The translations under genes were made by a program, and so were the position numbers. A DNA stretch of 64,000 bases, taken from the NCBI GenBank assembly GCA_963693365.1, contig CAVNZM010000013.1, forward strand, positions 2,195,817 through 2,259,816, given 5' to 3'. The DNA is from Amoebidium appalachense (lineage: Eukaryota; Protista; Ichthyosporea). The notes below the pieces were generated by a model. The model searched no databases, had not been told where the DNA came from, and worked only from the letters and a program-made list of their open reading frames with translations. This document shows, piece after piece, positions 57,029 to 64,000 of this stretch. The stretch's first letter is position 1. Every line of letters begins with the position of its first letter.

Positions 57029-58216
57029 AGTTTTGGCAAGGGTTTATGCAGAGGGCGGCAGCGGGGGGGAGGGGGGTGAGGGGTAGGAACGGTTTATGCA
57101 GGGGGGAGGGGGGGGAGAGGGGGGAGGACACAGTGAGCACCGGATTGGAAGGCTGAGTTTAACAAGGCTTGCTGTCCCACCCTGATTCTTCTCTGCTTGT
57201 CTGCTCTGTTGGTGCAGCCCGTTCACTTGTCAAGAGCAGGCTGCCCTGGTGTCAGCAAAGATTTGCTTGTTTATGTCTGGTTTGCGCCAGGCAGAGTGTC
57301 CGCTATTAGCCATGGGTTGGGCTGTATCAGGCTCTCTGCCGGTTGGAATACAATACACGGTGTGCTCTGCGACTATTATTAGCTTGGTTGGTGGCTATGT
57401 GCCTGTGGGTATGGCTGTCCTTCGAGTGGACCGGTTATGGTCTTTGCTGGGTGGTGGTTTGTGCAAATGGGGTTTCTTTTCTTGTTTTCTTTCTTTCTTT
57501 CTTTTTCTTTCTTTCGTTCTTTCTTTCTTTCTTTCTTTCTTTTTTTTTGGGGGGGGCGGCGGGGGGGGGGGTAGTGTTTTGATTAGAGGTTGAACAAGCA
57601 TTTCTCGGCTTCATGCTGCTGTGCATGGGTGTTGGCTGGCTTGTCATCCTCACACGGCTCACTTGCTAATACGCCTCTTCTCCCGGGTACTGTGGATGAC
57701 GTGGGCCTCCCTGAGGATGGGCTCTGCTTATTATGCATACTCTTTATGTATGGTTTGCACTCTGCATTGTGTTGTCCGTTGTTCATGTGTACTTCGTACT
57801 TTATGACGCATTCAACCCCCCCCCCCCCCCCCCCCCCTCCCCTCCCCCCCCCCCCCCCCCCCCCCCCGCCGCCCGTGCCTCGCACCATAATACACACACG
57901 GGTTGTCCAGGTTGACTTCGCTTACACACCAGACCACCTTTCTACGAAGATTTTGTTCCCCCTCCCCGCCTCCCCCCTCCCCTCCCCCCCCATCCCCCCC
58001 CCCTCCCCGCCGTTGTCCCCCCTTTACCACCCCACAAACCACCACCACATGCTTGTGTGTATGGATGGTGGATGTGGGAACACGTCTTGTTCTTCTCCTT
58101 GGTGTTTGCCTGCATGCGCCATATTTCTCCTTGGTGTTTGCCTTCGTAGTCTGTGCATATAATTTGCCTTGTCGGTTTTATGCACACTTAATGAATATGA
58201 GTGATGCCTCTGTACC

Positions 58217-58487
58217 GCCCCCGTGGTTATGCCTGTGTTCTTTTTATCTTTCCTTCTAACTTTGTTTATTGCCCCCATGGTTATGCCTGTGTTCTTTTTG
58301 TCTTTCCTTCTAACTTTGTTTATTGCCCCCATGGTTATGCCTGTGTTCTTTTTGTCTTTTCTTCTAACTTTGTTTATTGCCCCCATGGTTATGCCTGTGT
58401 TCTTTTTGTCTTTTCTTCTAACTTTGTTTATTGCCCCCATGGTTATGCCTGTGTTCTTTTTATCTTTTCTTCTAACTTGGTTTATTG
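58217..58487. repeat. 54-bp minisatellite x5
   Basis: atggttatgcctgtgttctttttgtcttttcttctaactttgtttattgccccc units. Confidence 0.95.
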
Positions 58488-58713
58488 TGCTTGAATTGCT
58501 CCCCAAATGTTTCTTTTTTGTTTATTCTCACTTACTGCTCACATTTCTCTGTAACCTTTGTTCTTTGTTTCTGCCCAAATTTCCTTTCTATTACCTTGAT
58601 TGGTGCATCCTTATTATCTGTTTGTCCCTTTCTGAACTTCGAAATTGCAGGGCTTGATCCAATTGATCATCTGGCCGTATTCCTTCCACTTCTGTGTGCT
58701 TGTATTGTGATAC

Positions 58714-58747
<34 letters not shown>

Positions 58748-59189
58748 TTTCCCTCCGCTTTTTTCTTTCTTTTTCTCGTTTTTTATTTATTTGATTTTAT
58801 TTTTATTCATTTATTTTTTATTTATTTATTTTTTTGGGGGGGGGGGGGGAGGGGGAAGGAGGTTTCAGCTTCCTAGGTGATCTTTTCTGCATTTTCTCCG
58901 CCCTCTCTTCCTGCCCAGTTCGATGCATGTCTGCAGCCCTTCTCCCTACTTGGCCCTCTAAGTGGTGCTTCAACCCCAGCCTTCTGCCATTCTCTGGTGT
59001 TATGTTTCCTCCTGATGCTCCATGGCATGCTGCTTGCAAACCCCCCCCCCTCCCCCGGTGCTGAGCAAGATCTCCATGGTGTTGTCCTCGTGAATGTGAC
59101 ATGTGGCGTCTTTAACCCTCTCACATGCTTTGTGGTGTTGCCCTTTGTGGCGAATCAGCTTCTGCCTGGCCCTGCTCTTATGTTCTGTT

Positions 59190-59516
59190 CGTTGCTGCTA
59201 TGATTGTAGCCACCTTCTTGCTGCTATGCTTGTAGCCACCTTCTTGCTGATATGCTTGTAGCCGTGCCACCTTCTTGCTGGTATGCTTGTAGCCACCTTC
59301 TTGCTAGTATGCTTGTAGCCACCTTCTTGCTGCTATGCTTGTAGCCACCTTCTTGCTGCTATGCTTGTAGCCACCTTCTTGCTGCTATGCTTGTAGCCAG
59401 CCACCTTCTTGCTGCTATGCTTGTATCCACCTTCTTGCTGCTATGCTTGTAGCCACCTTCTTGCTGCTATGCTTGTAGCCACCTTTTTGCTGCTATGCTT
59501 GTAGCCACCTTCTTGC
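59190..59516. repeat. 26-bp minisatellite, about 12 copies
   Basis: gctgctatgcttgtagccaccttctt units. Confidence 0.95.
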
Positions 59517-60206
59517 GTGTATTGCTATGCTCGTGGCATTCTTTCTTTCTGTAGAGCAGTAATCTAGGGTGGTTCGAAGCATGGAAACACACACACACCT
59601 TAACAAACAACCACATGCACATGCATTCACGAGCACCAATTACCAATTACATGGTGATGGGCCCACATGTGTCTCCCGGCTGCACAGTCAACATCCCCTT
59701 CACTTGGAGAGTAGCATGGGACGAGGCCAAGCTTTTGCCGTCCCCACGGATGTAGCACACTTACACGCCTGCATGGGCCATTTGGCTCCCTATGGGGCAC
59801 TTGCCTAGTGCTTTGGATTATGTTGCTAGGAACACTCTCCTACATTTGTGCCTGTTGTTGGGTTTTTTCCTCTTCCCGTTCCTTTTTCCATTCTTTTTCT
59901 CCTTCTTTCTGTTGTTTTTGCGGTGGTGGTGGTGGTGGTGGTGGTGGTGTTGGTGGAAAGGTGATGGGGAGGAGGGGAGGGGAAAGGACACGTTTCGTAA
60001 TGAGGCAGTATTGCTGGCCACCGGTGCCGTTTTTCTCCTGTCTTATACAAACTTAGTGTATCTCGCCACACACTAGCTGACCTGCCCCCCCCCCCCCCCC
60101 CCCCCTCCCCTTGCCCTCCCCCCTTGGCCATATCCCATCCAATCACACCTCTCCCTGGCCTCCCCCCCTACTCCCCCTCTAAATGTACTTGCAGGTGCAG
60201 TGTGCC

Positions 60207-61631
60207 ATGGACACCGATTGCCAGCACGAGGTGAGCTATGGGGGGCTGTGTGTGCAGTGCGGTGCCAGCAGTGCCCAGGCCCCGACCCAGGGGGATGGTG
60301 CGCTGGCCTACACCCCTGCCCAGCTGCAAGTCAGCAGCACGGCAGCACAGCGCATGGACCAGGAGAACATCGGCAGGCTGACGGCACAAAGGCGGCTGGT
60401 GCTTGTGCTGGACATCGACCACACGCTGCTGCACACCACAGACGACCACAGGGCCGCCGCATTCATGCACAGTGCACGCCACAAGGACCACCCGGCAATG
60501 CAGGATCCGCCAAGCCCCGGCCCCGGGCAGCCTGCAAATGCTCAGGACGGCCCGGCCACAGGCAACACCAACGGCACAAATGCGGCCCAGCCCCCACTGG
60601 AGCCAGTGTTCACAGCACAGGGGGAGGAGCTGCACAGCTTCTACCTGCCCGGCATGCCCAATGCTTACGTCATCAAGCTGAGGCCCCACCTGCGGGATTT
60701 CCTGGCCAGTGTGAGCCGCAAGTACGAGCTGCACATGTACACCATGGGGGGGGGCACACTATGCAAAGCAGGTCCAGCGCATACTGGACCCTGACGGCAC
60801 CCTGTTCCAGGTGCGTGGGATTTGGTGGTGGTGGGGGGGGGGGGGGGGGGTGCTGACTGTAGGTGCAGGAGCGCATCACCAGCAGGGACGACTTCCCTGA
60901 GGGGCGGCTCAACCGCAAGAACCTGCGGCGGCTGTTCCCCTACGACGACAGCCTGGTGGTGATAGTGGACGACCGGGAAGACGTGTGGGCCCGCCACCCG
61001 GGCCAGCCCGTGCCCAACCTGCTGCGTGTGCGCCCCTACCACTTCTTTAGAGGCCTCAGTGAGGCCTATGACCGCACAGCCCCGGCCGGCACTGCGGCAC
61101 CGGTGGCCAGCAGTGTGGGGGGAGGCCGGCCTGTGGAGGAGCTGGTGGGGAGATGGAGGGAGAGTGACCAGGCCGACAGGATGCACATGCTGAGGGCCGC
61201 TAGGGTGCTGGACGAGTGCCACCGGCGCTTCTACAGCAACCCCCCCCAGCCGGCTAGGGACACAAAGCTCGTGCTGACGGCACAGCTGGCAGAGCTACTG
61301 AGGGGCTGCAGGGTGGCCTTTACGGGGGTATTCAGCGGCGACCCACAAAAGGTAAGGGGGGGTGTGGGGGACAGGTTGGCCATACATGGTGCAGTTTGGG
61401 CACATGGGCCTTGGAGTGTGCGCAAGGACACGCATGGCTGGGTATGGATGTGTGGCCATGCGGTGGTGGTGACTGTGTGCATGAGGTCGTGCTGGCCACG
61501 ACCCCAGGCAGCCGTAGAGGAAGCATGGCTTGGATTGGCATTCTTGATATGCAACTGGAACGTGAATACACACTTTGCTTGTCGAGACATTCACCCTTCG
61601 CTGCATTACTGCAACCCGCCTTCTTCCCCCC

Positions 61632-61670
<39 letters not shown>

Positions 61671-63236
61671 CCATCCACCCACCCCCCCACCCCACCCCCA
61701 CCCCCGGCACACACATACACACAAACCCTGTATGCAACCAGCGCTACATATATAATCCAACGGTGCCGTTGGTGGCTAAATATGGTATACTTCAACATGC
61801 CATACAACAAACATGTTGTTTTGTTGAAGCACGGTCCATATCTGCGCCATAACCGCTGCTTTAGTCTAACTTAATTCTTGCCATTCACACTTAGCCAATC
61901 GAATGCACAGTTTTAGATGGCCAGAATGCCCCGTGCGGCGGTGTATCTTAGTGCGCTATCCATGAGCCAAGCCTCAGTCTAACAATATTCATTACGATCT
62001 GGTGGGGAACGACTCCACACAAGACCTGCTATCGAGGGTGATCAGCTCAATAGTCGTTCATGTGCCTGCCGCCATCAACCGTGTGTCTTTCCAGTAGGGT
62101 GCATGGCAGATCACACACTGCTGGCTGGGGCCATGATCCCACCGCCGTGGCCCAGCCAATCAGAAATGCACACCGTAATCTGCTAGGAGTGTCCACCTGG
62201 CTGGCTCAAAAATGCAGTCTGGCGTTTCCGCGCGGGTCCTTTTTAAATTAATCAAAGTACTTCGCGGTTTTTAAAGCCAATCTGAATGCTTCTCTGGCAG
62301 AGCAACCAATAGGATTCTGAATTGACAACCAATAGAGAATCATCTATACGTTATGTTAAAACTATTTAGTGTAAATTGAACCAACCACCGCCTGAGAGAG
62401 AGTAACTTAGTGACGCCATGATCCATTTTTGTCAAGTGATTGTCGTCACTGACGATGCACAAGTTATTTCAGAGAAGCCGATGAGAGAAAGCACCTAAAG
62501 TGACTATGCTTGCCCTGGGCACTTGGTCACGGATTCGGACGACGAGGCGCATTGAGCAAAGTATCTGTCTTTGTACACATGTGTGTAGGGTGGGGGTGGG
62601 GGTGGGGAACGTCCCTGGTCAAGCATATTCTAACATGACAATGTTGCTTTTCCTGGTGTAGGCGGAGATGTGGCAGCTTGCACGGCGGCTGGGTGCTCAG
62701 TGCTTCACGGAGGTGGATGGGCGGGTCACGCACCTGGTCACGCACCAGGTGCGAGGCAGGGAGACGGTCAAGGCCAACGTGGCCCGGCAGCAGGGCAGTG
62801 TGTTCATGGTCACCCCCGAGTGGCTGCAGGAGAGCGCATACAACTTCAAACGGGAGAGCGAGATCGACTATGCCCTGGACAAAACTACCCTGCCCCAGGG
62901 CTTGAAACTCGACGACCACCGGCGGCGCATGGCCGAGAAGCAGGGCTGGGCGCTGGCACAGTGGGAGCAGCGGCAGCGCACGAACCAAGGCAGGCAGGTG
63001 CAGCGCCAGGCCAGCTCAGCACTGGGCATGGCATCGGGCCAGGACGACACACAGCCGCCAGCAAAGCGCATGCGCCTGGATGTAGCAAGGAATGGGCCCC
63101 CTGGGGGGAGGGGGCGGGAGAGGAGGAGTGGGGGGAGGGGGAGGGGCAGGGGGACAGCGACAGTGATTCGAGCCTGGCCAGTTTCGAGCAATACCTCATG
63201 CAGGCCCAGGCTGCACAGCAACTCGGCCCAGGCTGA
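60207..63236 (+). CDS. FCP1: RNA polymerase II CTD phosphatase FCP1/CTDP1 (FCPH + BRCT)
   Basis: Exons 60207-60810, 60869-61351 and 62662-63236. CQH...GGLCVQCG, LVLDIDHTLLHT (DxDxT), KLRP, YELHMYTMG, LDPDG, RITSRDD, VIVDDREDVW, PYHFF. BRCT motifs VTHLV and VTPEWL. Two apparent frameshifts in G runs. Upstream exon(s) are possible (acceptor at 60194). Confidence 0.88.
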
Positions 63237-64000
63237 TGGCAACACATGCACGTGCTGGCCACGTGTATGCCCTTGGTGCTGCCTACGGGATTGCACATAA
63301 TGTGGCAGTACATGTACTATGGGGCACCCTAGTAGACTATGGGTTCTAGAATAATTGGCCACAGTTTCGTGGTGGTCATGATCAGGCTGGCACTGCACAT
63401 GCAATAGCTATAGCCCTGTTGCCTCTGCAGGCTGTCGAGTATGCATGTGTAGTAGGCCAATAGATAGGAATGGGCTCTAACCATCATGTTACTGTGTACA
63501 TACATGCATGCAAATAATCGGTCACATACGTGCACGTGCAATGCAGGATTATTAATCTACATACAAAAGCCAGGTGGCAGGTGGCACCAATGTATGGACC
63601 ACCAGCTGAGGCGAGCTGGCCCCAGGCTGCCGAGGCTATGCAAATAGATGCCATGTAACCCATCCTGTGAACGCACAGTGTAATGATTTGCACGGCCATG
63701 AAAAGCCCATCATCCAGGTGCCGGCTGCAGGTTGCCAAGTAGCCGTGGAAGTAGTATGTTTACTTGCTGACATGTGTACTTGGCACATGTGACAGCAGCA
63801 GCAGTATGCCGCATTGCCTGGGGCGGCTGCAGCAGCCCGCCGTGTAGGCTACGGGCCACGCCAGCAGGCGTGCTGCATGCACCGCACTGAATGGCCTGCT
63901 CGTCTTGGAGATCTAGAGCAACTCAGCGTTGAGCTGCCACGGGTGACCGTCCTTCGAATTCAAACCCTGGATCACCGTGCCGTTGATTGGACGATCCACT

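Noticed and set aside
58217-59516. Regular repeats as a possible CRISPR array
   Set aside because: Head-to-tail minisatellites with no unique spacers and no cas genes, in a eukaryotic context.

Overview
Eukaryotic genomic DNA (spliceosomal GT-AG introns, long CA/GT and poly-G/C tracts) in two very different halves. (1) Positions 1-35.8 kb are an almost continuous nest of tyrosine-recombinase (YR; DIRS order, PAT/Ngaro-type split direct repeat) retrotransposons. Family A is autonomous, with layout A1-gag-RT/RNaseH-YR-B1-A2-spacer-B2; there is one complete copy at 6727-12352 and about 11 deleted, inverted or solo derivatives. Family B is a diverged relative present as pol pseudogenes. Family C is a ~1.4-kb non-autonomous element with the same split-repeat layout, an unrelated body, and a shared ~40-nt 3'-terminal motif. 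Nested insertions let pre-insertion sites be rebuilt and point to recombination at a short AA/TT core that matches the element's internal B-A junction. (2) Positions 35.8-64 kb contain TE relics and three intron-rich host genes: a bacterial-like formyltetrahydrofolate deformylase (purU, - strand), a CDK11/PITSLRE kinase (- strand) and an FCP1/CTDP1 CTD phosphatase (+ strand). All calls are by eye; no database searches were run, and most short ORFs in the track are shadow or microsatellite artefacts.
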